This document shows, piece after piece, positions 9,634 to 17,769 of a stretch of 32,000 bases of DNA. Below the pieces are notes generated by a model. The model did no database searches, was not told the DNA's origin, and was given only the letters and a program-made list of their open reading frames with translations. The position numbers and the translations under genes were made by a program. This stretch comes from an uncultured Actinomycetota bacterium (GTDB lineage: Bacteria > Actinomycetota > Actinomycetes > JAHEKZ01): assembly GCA_963829525.1 (NCBI GenBank), contig CAWHIJ010000003.1, positions 2,075,359-2,107,358 of the forward strand, in the 5' to 3' direction. The first letter of the stretch is position 1. Each line of letters opens with the position of its first letter.

Positions 9634-9740
9634 GACGCCATCCGTCGACAACCACCAATCGTACCTTGCCGGATTTCCTGAACGGCTTGTCAGGTCCACC
9701 GGCAGGGATGAGACTGGTCCTAAGCACCGAGGAGCCGCAG

Positions 9741-10910
9741 ATGACCCAGCAGCAGACTCCGATCCGGCCCGTCCAGACGCTGTCCTTAGCCGACCGTTAC
9801 CTGGCGTTGGTGACGCCGGAACGCGAGTCGAAGTTCCACTACCTCTGGCTGCGAGACAACTGTTGGTGTGACGCGTGTCGGGTTGCTCAGTCAGCTGAAC
9901 GCCGTATCTACACCGCCGATATTCCTGCGAACATCGCGCCCACGGACGCACATCTGGACGACGACACAGCCACGCTTCAGTTGCGCTGGAACGACGGCCA
10001 CACCTCCAGCTTCAGCCTCGCTTGGCTGGAGTCCAACGACTACTCCAACGGAGCGGCTGAACCGTCGCCAAAGGTGACGCTCTGGACCTCCAGTCTCGAC
10101 GCTCCCCCGAGGTTCGAGCACAGCGAGGTCGTCGGGCAGCCAGACGTTCAGCTGGCCTACCTCGATGCCATCCGAGAGCACGGAGCGGCCATTGTTTCCC
10201 ACACGCCGTCGCTAGACGGCGAAGTTGCCCGTTTCGCCGAAGTCGTTGGTCATGTACGCGAGACCGCGTTCGAGCGCGTCCACAATGTGCGCCACGACCC
10301 GCAGGGTTACAACGTTGCCCACACGCCGCTCGAGCTCAAGCCACACACCGACCTGCCCAGCTATCACTGGCCGCCGAGTATTCAGCTGTTGCACTTCCTC
10401 GTGAATGAGTCCAGCGGTGGGGAGAGCACCCTGGTCGACGGTTGGGCGGTGCTGGCTGATCTCCGTAGTGAGAATCCAGCCGCGTTTGAGACCCTGTGCC
10501 GTGTCCCCGTCACCTTCCAGCTCTTTAGCGAGGATGAGGACACCCGGGCCACCGCTCCCCTCGTCCAGCTCGATGCTTCCGGGCGGGTTCAGACCTTGAG
10601 ATTCTCCAACCAGCTGGCATTACCGCTGCATGCACCCTTCGACGATGTCGGGGAGTTCTACGACGCCTACCGACTGCTCGGCCAGATGATCGACAGTGAT
10701 CACTACAAGATCGTCTTCAAGTGTCATTCAGGTGACCTCCTGACCGTCCATTCGCACCGAGTGCTGCACGGACGTAAAGCCTTTGACCCAGAGAGCGGCG
10801 CGCGTCACCTGCAGGATGTCTACATGGAGTACGACGACCTGATGGACCGACACAATGTCCTGAGTGGAACCCACAAACCAATGCCATCGACCGGAGTTGA
10901 CCTAAAATGA
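9741..10910 (+). CDS. Fe(II)/2-oxoglutarate dioxygenase, gamma-butyrobetaine hydroxylase-like (TauD fold with a GBBH-like N-terminal Zn domain); TmpA-like
   Basis: ATG at 9741 preceded by GGAG. N-terminal YLWLRDNCWCDAC carries a CxCxxC zinc motif. The HTD facial-triad motif (KPHTDLPSY) and the distal HSHRVLHGRKAF are present. Confidence 0.85.
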   Translation: MTQQQTPIRPVQTLSLADRYLALVTPERESKFHYLWLRDNCWCDACRVAQSAERRIYTADIPANIAPTDAHLDDDTATLQLRWNDGHTSSFSLAWLESNDYSNGAAEPSPKVTLWTSSLDAPPRFEHSEVVGQPDVQLAYLDAIREHGAAIVSHTPSLDGEVARFAEVVGHVRETAFERVHNVRHDPQGYNVAHTPLELKPHTDLPSYHWPPSIQLLHFLVNESSGGESTLVDGWAVLADLRSENPAAFETLCRVPVTFQLFSEDEDTRATAPLVQLDASGRVQTLRFSNQLALPLHAPFDDVGEFYDAYRLLGQMIDSDHYKIVFKCHSGDLLTVHSHRVLHGRKAFDPESGARHLQDVYMEYDDLMDRHNVLSGTHKPMPSTGVDLK

Positions 10911-11479
10911 CCTCGACGTCGCACACTGTCTCGTTCACGGCGATGGAGCATGGGACCCGTGAAGACTACGAGTTCCTAACCTCACTCGAGGAAGGCGAGA
11001 TGCAGGGCTTCGCTGACCGCGTTCTCGGATGGCTGCAGACCATGGACGACTCGGTCGGCTATCAGATTTCACGCCTGGATCACTCGCTTCAAGCCGCGAC
11101 GCGCGCTCACCGATCGGGCGAAGACGAGGAGACCGTAGTTTGCGTTCTGCTTCACGATATTGGCGACTACCTGGCTCCCGCCAATCACTCGGAGGTAGCT
11201 GCGGCCGTCTTGCGTCCATATGTGAGCGAGAAGAACTACTGGATCGTCAAGCATCACGGTCTGTTCCAAGGTGTGTACTACTTCCACTTCGTCGGCGCAG
11301 ATCCCAACGCGCGCGATCGCTTCAAGGACCACCCCTATTACCAGGCAACCATCGACTTCTGCGCCAACTACGACCAGAACTCGTTTGATCCCGCTTACGA
11401 CTCGGAGCCACTGGAGTTCTTCGAGCCCATGGTCCGCCGCGTTCTCGCCAAGCCTGTCAACTTCGAGAGCGACACGTAG
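10907..11479 (+). CDS. HD-domain protein, candidate mixed-valent diiron oxygenase (PhnZ/TmpB/MIOX-like)
   Basis: The start ATG overlaps the upstream stop (ATGA at 10907..10910). Candidate metal ligands are H59, H83-D84 (LLHDIGD), H94, H116/H117 (VKHHGLF) and D155/D161. Confidence 0.75.
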   Translation: MTSTSHTVSFTAMEHGTREDYEFLTSLEEGEMQGFADRVLGWLQTMDDSVGYQISRLDHSLQAATRAHRSGEDEETVVCVLLHDIGDYLAPANHSEVAAAVLRPYVSEKNYWIVKHHGLFQGVYYFHFVGADPNARDRFKDHPYYQATIDFCANYDQNSFDPAYDSEPLEFFEPMVRRVLAKPVNFESDT

Positions 11480-11588
11480 TTGCGAAGACCCTCCCCGGCT
11501 GCGGCAACCAGGGGCCAGGATTGCTGTCAGACTACTGCTGAGGTGGCGGCACCAGTGTTCTTGTGGCCATGGAGAGTGGAGGAACAGC

Positions 11589-12017
11589 ATGCCGCAGACA
11601 ACAGGCAGCGAGCTTGAGTCAGTGTCCCTGTTTTCGGGGCTGAATGCGCACGAGCTCGACGTCATCGCCGGACTGCTCACCATCGAGTCCTACGCGAACG
11701 GTCTGAGCATCGTTCGCGAGGGCGAAGTCGGGTATGTCTTCTACGTCATCAAGAAGGGTCGTGCAGAGGCTTCCCACGAGGGCACGTTACTGCGGGAGCT
11801 CGGAGAAGGAGACTTCTTCGGCGAGATCGCGATTGATGGTGACGGCAAGAGATCAACCACGGTGACCGCTCGCGGTGACCTTGAGGTCTGGGCCATGTTC
11901 GGCACAACCCTCGGCCAGCTCGAGCGCGAACATCCCGAGATCGCCTCAGCCCTCGGAGACACCGTGCGCGAGCGCCTGGCGGCTGACCGCGCTCAACATC
12001 CCCACCGACCGGATTGA
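11589..12017 (+). CDS. Stand-alone cyclic nucleotide-binding domain protein
   Basis: ATG at 11589 preceded by GGAGAGTGGAGG. LFSGL..ELD..REGE..FYVIKKG..LGEGDFFGEIA..RSTTVTA is the canonical cNMP-binding pattern. No HTH follows it. Confidence 0.8.
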   Translation: MPQTTGSELESVSLFSGLNAHELDVIAGLLTIESYANGLSIVREGEVGYVFYVIKKGRAEASHEGTLLRELGEGDFFGEIAIDGDGKRSTTVTARGDLEVWAMFGTTLGQLEREHPEIASALGDTVRERLAADRAQHPHRPD

Positions 12018-12097
12018 CTCCATGAGCTCATCGCTCGGCGTTACTTCGTCATCGAGCTCGCCTTGGCCAGGGCTTTGCCTACCGGCTGGACCTAATC

Positions 12098-13054
12098 TCA
12101 GTGGCAACTTCCTTGAGCATCGTCGATGTACCGCGGCTGGCCGTCCGCAGACACCCAGCTTGACTCCCAGCGGCCGTCAAACAGGCGGAGCTCCACAAAG
12201 CCGAACGCCTTGCCCTGGCCGCGGACGAACGTTTCCGGCTGAGTGTGGAAGTTTCCGAAACCGTTGAGGTTGCGCCCGCCAGCCCCAGAAACGAACTGTG
12301 TGATCCCTCGGTCCGGGTCATACCTTCCGCTGGGATCGGTCGGCATCCACCGTGAGTAGTTGTGATTGTGACCCGCGAGGAGGATGTCCACCCCTTGGCG
12401 ATAGGCCAGCCGGTAGAGAGGAGCCGTGCGGAGTAGCTCGTAGCTTTGGGTCCAATCCGCTTTCTGGTACTTCAGCCAGTCCCATCGGGGGTGGTGCCAG
12501 ACCGCGATCGTGCACCGAGAGTCGCTCTGTTCCAGGTCCGCTTTCATCCATTCGTACTGCTCCGACCCAGGTTGGCATTCGACTCCCCCGGCGCCGCAGA
12601 GGGTGGAGTCCAGGGTGACGACATGCCAGCTGCTGCCCAGGTCATATGAGTACCAAGGGCCAGGCGCACGATTTCCGAAGTACCTGAAGTAGCCGTTCGC
12701 CCCTTCTGTTCCCCAGTCGTGGTTTCCGGCACTGGGAGCGGTGATGGGCAGGAGCTCCCCCCAGTACACGTCATAGTTGTCGACGAAGTTGCGGTACTCC
12801 CCGTACTCGTACTGAACGTCGCCCAGTAAAAGCAACTTGTCGTACGCCCCATTCAAAATCGACTTTGCGACGTCGTCGTACTGGCACACGCTGCGGTTGT
12901 TGCCTGGGGGGTTCTTACAGGCGATGTCGCCAACGGCGGCCACTCGGACTGGCACAGGGCTGGGCGATGGCGCACTTCCCCCGGCGACAGGTGCGAAGAC
13001 AAGAAAGACAGTGGCCGTCGCCACCAGAGCCGTGATGATCGAACGCTTCACCAT
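12098..13054 (-). CDS. Secreted metallophosphoesterase (calcineurin-like)
   Basis: A signal peptide is followed by the motifs VGDIA, LLLGDVQY, GNHDW and LAGHNHNY. Confidence 0.85.
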   Translation of the reverse strand: MVKRSIITALVATATVFLVFAPVAGGSAPSPSPVPVRVAAVGDIACKNPPGNNRSVCQYDDVAKSILNGAYDKLLLLGDVQYEYGEYRNFVDNYDVYWGELLPITAPSAGNHDWGTEGANGYFRYFGNRAPGPWYSYDLGSSWHVVTLDSTLCGAGGVECQPGSEQYEWMKADLEQSDSRCTIAVWHHPRWDWLKYQKADWTQSYELLRTAPLYRLAYRQGVDILLAGHNHNYSRWMPTDPSGRYDPDRGITQFVSGAGGRNLNGFGNFHTQPETFVRGQGKAFGFVELRLFDGRWESSWVSADGQPRYIDDAQGSCH

Positions 13055-13210
13055 GACCGCGAGGCTAGGTCTGCGCGCAGGGAAAGCGCAACGACTTCGG
13101 CGCGCGTATTGAGTCAGCCTGGCCGCCGCCCTTGAGGCGGTCGGCGCCGCTGCCGGTGCAGTTCGCCTGACTAACGGGCACTGTCCGGTGCGGGCTCCGC
13201 GCCGTTCAGG

Positions 13211-14764
13211 TCAGCAGCCGCCCGAGGTCTTGCTGCGCTGCAGGGACTGGCGGCTCGTCACAGACTTGCCGCGGTCCAGGTCATAACCGCGCTGCCAGTC
13301 GGAGATGAAAAGAGTCTTGTTCATCTCGTGGTTCCGGTCACCGTCGAGGCTCAGTCGCATCGTCAGCGGGACGCCAGACACGGCCGCGCGGCTGACGGTG
13401 CCGATTGCACCGCCGTTGTAGAACCACGTGATGTGCCCACGGGTGACCTCAACCGCGAAGGCCACCGCCCGGCCCTCGGGAAGTCGGATCTGCCGCTTTG
13501 CCTGCCACTGCCGCGTGCCGTGTCGAGCGCCAATAGCGACCGTCGAGCCGCCGACACGCACGCTGGCCACCGTGATATTGCGGCTCCCGCAGGCGTAGTC
13601 CCTGGCACGGTCGGGGACGAGTTCGATCTTGGCCGTGAAGTCCTTGGCACCGATTTCGAGCCGCTTAAGGCGCATCTTCGCTTCCCAGCGGCCGTATGTC
13701 CTTGCGTTGTCTCGCAGGGTCACTGACGTCGTCCCGAAGTCACCAGGTCCAGACCATACGCGCCCGCTGTCCAGCAGAAGGCCGCCATTGTGCCGGCCCG
13801 CACGCCCCAGACCGTTGGAGCGGTCCGACCACCAGCCCTTGCGGTCAGTGCCCCGGCTGGGACGGCTGGTCAGCGACTGACCCTGCTCCCATGCGAAGTC
13901 CCACAGCGACTGACCCCACTTGTGGGTGCCACCGGCAGTTGCGGCAACCGACGTGTTGGTGCCGCTCTTCGTCGAGAAAGTCGTGTCACTTGGTGCAGAC
14001 GGCAGCTTCACACACGAGCCGGAGGAGTTGGCGTTCGCCAGGACGTCGACGGGAGTCGGGAACGACGGGAACCACCCGACCTGGCTGCCGCCCTTCGTCC
14101 AGTTCTCCTGGCGGACCCGGTACACCGGACAGCCTGGGTCAGTCGGGGGCACAACGAACGAACCGTTGCCTTTGGAGTCGGTCGTCGTGGTGGCCAACTT
14201 GTTCCAACCACCTTGGGCGTCGCGTCGCTCAAGTGTCAGACCGCGGCCCGGGAACACCGGCGACGGCAGGTCCGGCCGGTGCGACAGCACCGGCGTGGTG
14301 TCCACCTTGATGGTGAACTGGCGGCCAGACATCGCTTGTCCGAAACCAACGGAGGAGGAGTTGGGGACAACGGTCAGAACCAGATCCTGCGAGCGGGCGC
14401 TGAACGAATGCGCCGGTGTGGCCACGCCGCGCGAGGCCACCCGGTACTTGATGCCAAACATCGAGGGCGCTGGGTACTTGAACTTGAAGCTTCCGTCGCG
14501 CGAGGTCATGGTGCGAAAGCCCTCGACCTTGTTCCACTCGTCGCCTGGACGCCCCATGTTGGACTGAAGCCAGATCTTCCGGGCACCGTTAACGCCCAGA
14601 TTGCCGCGGAATGTGACGGCCTGACCTCCGACGTACTGATTCGGCGATACGGCCAATGACCCACTGATTTTCGCTGCCGCCGGCCCAGCCGGGGCGATGT
14701 TGCCGAGTAGTGAGGCGGCGATCGCCCCAGCGACCACCAAGTAGAAGGGCCTGAACTGCTTCAT
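13211..14764 (-). CDS. Secreted protein: two Ig-like/beta-sandwich repeats + C-terminal concanavalin A-like (GH16-like) jelly-roll domain
   Basis: ATG at 14764 preceded by GGAGG, with a signal peptide (MKQFRPFYLVVAGAIAASLLGNIAPAGPAAA). The C-terminal region (GRWEAKMRL..FTAKIELVP..) resembles the ConA-like glucanase fold. I could not find the GH16 ExDxxE catalytic motif, so the domain call is tentative. Confidence 0.6.
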   Translation of the reverse strand: MKQFRPFYLVVAGAIAASLLGNIAPAGPAAAKISGSLAVSPNQYVGGQAVTFRGNLGVNGARKIWLQSNMGRPGDEWNKVEGFRTMTSRDGSFKFKYPAPSMFGIKYRVASRGVATPAHSFSARSQDLVLTVVPNSSSVGFGQAMSGRQFTIKVDTTPVLSHRPDLPSPVFPGRGLTLERRDAQGGWNKLATTTTDSKGNGSFVVPPTDPGCPVYRVRQENWTKGGSQVGWFPSFPTPVDVLANANSSGSCVKLPSAPSDTTFSTKSGTNTSVAATAGGTHKWGQSLWDFAWEQGQSLTSRPSRGTDRKGWWSDRSNGLGRAGRHNGGLLLDSGRVWSGPGDFGTTSVTLRDNARTYGRWEAKMRLKRLEIGAKDFTAKIELVPDRARDYACGSRNITVASVRVGGSTVAIGARHGTRQWQAKRQIRLPEGRAVAFAVEVTRGHITWFYNGGAIGTVSRAAVSGVPLTMRLSLDGDRNHEMNKTLFISDWQRGYDLDRGKSVTSRQSLQRSKTSGGC

Positions 14765-15024
14765 TAAGACGGTTCCTCCGGGTATCGCGGAAATCCGACT
14801 CTCTAGATGTCGGCCGGAAGTAAGGCTCGCTTGAGCCGATGCTTATTGGGGATTCAAAAAACCGTACACCAGCCGGCATGAAAACAAAGAACCCAACTGG
14901 CTACGGCGCGGCGAAGCCATCTCCACACCGGCACTCGTTCCATATGAGACCGTCGGGTACCAGACCTTCCCATGCGGGGCCGTAACCATGTCGTGGAGTA
15001 TGGTCCGGCTTCGCGACTGTGCGC

Positions 15025-15132
15025 ATAATCATGCACGGGAAGCGGTTGAGCGCTGTGCGACCGCGCCTGCTAAACGTGCATGATCCTCAAACCCACCCTT
15101 GCCTGACCTTTGGTCGCAATGACTTGGGGACG
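15025..15132. repeat. Left copy (A) of a diverged direct repeat flanking the sulfatase/O-methyltransferase cassette
   Basis: 15025..15080 aligns without gaps to 17779..17834 at a constant offset of 2754 nt. By manual count 42 of 56 positions are identical, including the exact 17-mer TGAGCGCTGTGCGACCG (15047..15063 = 17801..17817). Further collinear blocks are TCGCAATGA (15114..15122 vs 17895..17903) and GGGGACG (15126..15132 vs 17930..17936), separated by indels. Confidence 0.6.
15028..15084. repeat. Perfect 10-bp inverted repeat enclosing the core of repeat A
   Basis: ATCATGCACG (15028..15037) and CGTGCATGAT (15075..15084) are exact reverse complements separated by 37 nt. Confidence 0.7.
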
Positions 15133-15242
15133 GCCGGGGGTCGCGAGCCGGTGGGTGTGGAGGACGTAGGGCTCTGCCGGAACCAATCTGTGCTTGATGT
15201 ACTGGCTCAGGACTCTCTGGGGCCTCATGCGCGGAGGTTCGG

Positions 15243-16667
15243 ATGCGTAACCCTCGAAGCGGGCAGAGTGGTTCCAGACGTCGCTTGACGTCCGTGCTGG
15301 CCATGACGAGCGTTTGCCTGGCTCTTGCCGCGTCGTTTCAGGCAGAACCCGGTAGTGCGCGTGTGATCGCCCCGAATCCCTCCTCTCTCCCCAACATCCT
15401 CTTGATCGTCGTCGACGACCAACCCAAGGGCACCCAGGACGCGATGCCCAATCTGCTCAACCGGGTCGCCGCCAAGGGGGCCACGTTCTCCAACGGCATC
15501 GCACCCACCGCACTCTGCTGCCCATCCCGATCGGCGTTGCTCACCGGAAATCACTCCCACACCACCGGGGTGTGGGGCACCGACCCCGCGTCGCTCGGGG
15601 GATGGCCAGCCCTGCATCCCCACGAGTCGCAGACCATCGCCACCGCCCTCGATACGGCGGGCTACCACACCGGTCTGTTCGGCAAGTACGTCAACGACTT
15701 CCATAAGTTTCGCCCCGACGGGTACATCCCACCCGGCTGGGACACGTTCCGCGCCATCCTGGCTGCCGATGGAGGAGACGGCGCGTACTACCACTACAGA
15801 TTGACCGGCCTCCACAGGCATTTCGGGGCGGAGCCCCGGGGCTACTCCACCGACGTCACCGGCAGGCTCGCTGTCCGGCACATCGAGAACACCCCAGCTG
15901 GAACCCCCTGGTTCGTCTACTACTCCCCGTTCGGCCCGCACTCACCCATGACACCTGCTCCCCGACACGAAGGGACCTGGCCCCTGGAACCGGCATCTGC
16001 CATCGACGCGTTCAACGAGCGACGGGTGTCCGACAAACCTCCCTGGATCCAGAAACTTCCCTTGGCCAACAAGCTGGTAATGAGAGCCCGCCTGACCAGG
16101 CAGCATGAGGTCGTTCGCTCCATCGACGAGCAGTTGGGCGACCTACTGGACGCCGCTAACCTGTCCAAGACCCTCGTCATCTACCTGTCCGACAACAGCT
16201 TGATGCTCGGGGCGCACCGCATCACCGGTAAGGACGTTCCGTACCGTCGCGCCACAGAAGTCCCGATGTACGTTCGGTGGGATGGGGTCACGTCGCCAGG
16301 GACGATTAAGAGCCGGGTCACCCCGCAGATCGACCTCACGGCGCTCATCGCAGACGCCGCACATGTCCCGTGGACGATGGAAGGTCGCAACGCCCTGACC
16401 ACTCGGCGTGCGGGGTCAGTGGTAGAGCAGATCCGCATGACCCGGTCCTACGCCAACCACCCCGCCTACTGCGGATGGCGAAGCCGCCGCTACTTGTACG
16501 TTGCGTACGACACCGGGCAAGGCCGCGAGTTCTACGACTACAAGCGCGACCCGCAAGAGCTCGTCAATGTCATCAACGTGCGTGACTACGCGGACCGGGT
16601 CGCCAGACACAGAGCACAGGCCAAGGCTAGCTGCCGTCCCGAACCTCCCGGCTTCAACTGGCATTGA
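15243..16667 (+). CDS. Sulfatase (formylglycine-dependent), secreted
   Basis: ATG preceded by GGAGG. The N-terminus carries an RRR-containing, possibly Tat-type signal (SGSRRRLTSVLAMTSVCLALAAS). NILLIVVDDQ and the CCPSRSALLTG (CxPxR) active-site motif are present. No maturase gene lies in the window. Confidence 0.9.
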   Translation: MRNPRSGQSGSRRRLTSVLAMTSVCLALAASFQAEPGSARVIAPNPSSLPNILLIVVDDQPKGTQDAMPNLLNRVAAKGATFSNGIAPTALCCPSRSALLTGNHSHTTGVWGTDPASLGGWPALHPHESQTIATALDTAGYHTGLFGKYVNDFHKFRPDGYIPPGWDTFRAILAADGGDGAYYHYRLTGLHRHFGAEPRGYSTDVTGRLAVRHIENTPAGTPWFVYYSPFGPHSPMTPAPRHEGTWPLEPASAIDAFNERRVSDKPPWIQKLPLANKLVMRARLTRQHEVVRSIDEQLGDLLDAANLSKTLVIYLSDNSLMLGAHRITGKDVPYRRATEVPMYVRWDGVTSPGTIKSRVTPQIDLTALIADAAHVPWTMEGRNALTTRRAGSVVEQIRMTRSYANHPAYCGWRSRRYLYVAYDTGQGREFYDYKRDPQELVNVINVRDYADRVARHRAQAKASCRPEPPGFNWH

Positions 16668-16744
16668 ACCCCGACCCCCGTTAGCCCACCTCCGATAGAC
16701 CTCAAGAGTCGAGCTAGACCGAACACTGTGCCAGTCTGTGGAAG

Positions 16745-17767
16745 ATGAATGCTGCAGATGACCGTGAGACGCGACTTGACGAGTTGATGACGGCCATTCA
16801 GCGGGCCGGCATTCTCCGGGCCTTTGTGGAGTTGGACCTGCCGGGGGCTTTGGAGGTCGACAAAGGAAGCAGTGTCGGTGATCTGGCCGATTCAGTTGGT
16901 GCTCTCCCGGAGCTGCTGGAGCGGCTCTTGCGGGGTGCTTCTGCTCTCGACCTCTGCGTAGAGGAGGTCGGGGCCTGGCGACTCACCGCGTCCGGTGCAT
17001 CTCTTCGACGCGACGAGCCGGACGACCCTGCCGGGTGGGTCATGCTGTTGACGGCACCATGGATGGCGTTGCCTTGGATTTCTCTCGCGGACGCGGTTCG
17101 AACCGGTGAGCCAGCCTTCTCGCAGGTTCATGGCGTCGGTTTCTGGGAGTTTCTTGCAGGCCATCCCGCGGAGGCCAAGGCATTCGATGCGGCGTTGGCC
17201 ACCGAAGGTACCGAGCGTGCCTCAGACCTTCACCGAACCACCGACCTTGCCGGCGCAATCACCATCGTCGATGTGGGCTGTGGACATGGCACGTTGCTCG
17301 GCGAGCTCCTGAGCCGACTCCCGGAGGCAACTGGGGTCGCGTTTGATCGTGAGGAAGTGATTCGTTCAGTTCCCGAAGTCGTTAGGCTCGCAGATCGCTT
17401 GGAGCTCAGGGCCGGAGACTTCTTTGAGGAGATACCTCGCGGGGGCGATGTCTATGTGCTCTCACGAATCCTTCATGACTGGTCGGACGAGGATGCCGAG
17501 CGGATTCTCCGAAGCTGTCGACGCTCCGTATCGTCGACTTCGAGACTCGTCCTCCTGGAGCAGGTGGCCCAGGAAGCGTCAAGCCTCGATCAGAGTTCGA
17601 AACTCGAACTCGCTATGAAGGATCTCAACATGTTGGTCCTGGTCGGAGGCAAGGAACGCACCGTAGCTGACTACCGAAGACTCCTCGAGGCAGCCGGGTT
17701 TCAGCTGGAGCACGTCCACACAGGCGAGGCCTGCGACGTACTACAAGCCCGTCCAGTCAAGGGATGA
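16745..17767 (+). CDS. Class I SAM-dependent O-methyltransferase (Methyltransf_2 / plant-type OMT family)
   Basis: A winged-helix dimerisation-like N-terminus is followed by the SAM motif VDVGCGHGTLL, and later by DVYVLSRILHDWSDEDAERIL. Confidence 0.85.
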   Translation: MNAADDRETRLDELMTAIQRAGILRAFVELDLPGALEVDKGSSVGDLADSVGALPELLERLLRGASALDLCVEEVGAWRLTASGASLRRDEPDDPAGWVMLLTAPWMALPWISLADAVRTGEPAFSQVHGVGFWEFLAGHPAEAKAFDAALATEGTERASDLHRTTDLAGAITIVDVGCGHGTLLGELLSRLPEATGVAFDREEVIRSVPEVVRLADRLELRAGDFFEEIPRGGDVYVLSRILHDWSDEDAERILRSCRRSVSSTSRLVLLEQVAQEASSLDQSSKLELAMKDLNMLVLVGGKERTVADYRRLLEAAGFQLEHVHTGEACDVLQARPVKG

Positions 17768-17769
17768 AC

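Noticed and set aside
12018-12097. Expected bidirectional terminator between the convergent cNMP-binding and metallophosphoesterase genes
   Set aside because: The apparent GAGCTCATCG / CATCGAGCTC pair is a direct, not inverted, relationship. I could not find a convincing stem-loop.
13100-13135. Possible terminator hairpin CCGCC-CTTGA-GGCGG downstream of the 13211..14764 gene
   Set aside because: The stem is only 5 bp, has mismatched extensions and has no U-tract on the relevant strand.
13790-14659. 289-aa and 215-aa plus-strand ORFs inside 13211..14764
   Set aside because: They are antisense to a gene with a signal peptide, a good RBS and a domain-like sequence. They have no motifs of their own.
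14878-14985. 35-codon ORF (MKTKNPTGYGAAKPSPHRHSFHMRPSGTRPSHAGP) in the long intergenic region
   Set aside because: It has no RBS, poor codon bias and no recognisable peptide family.
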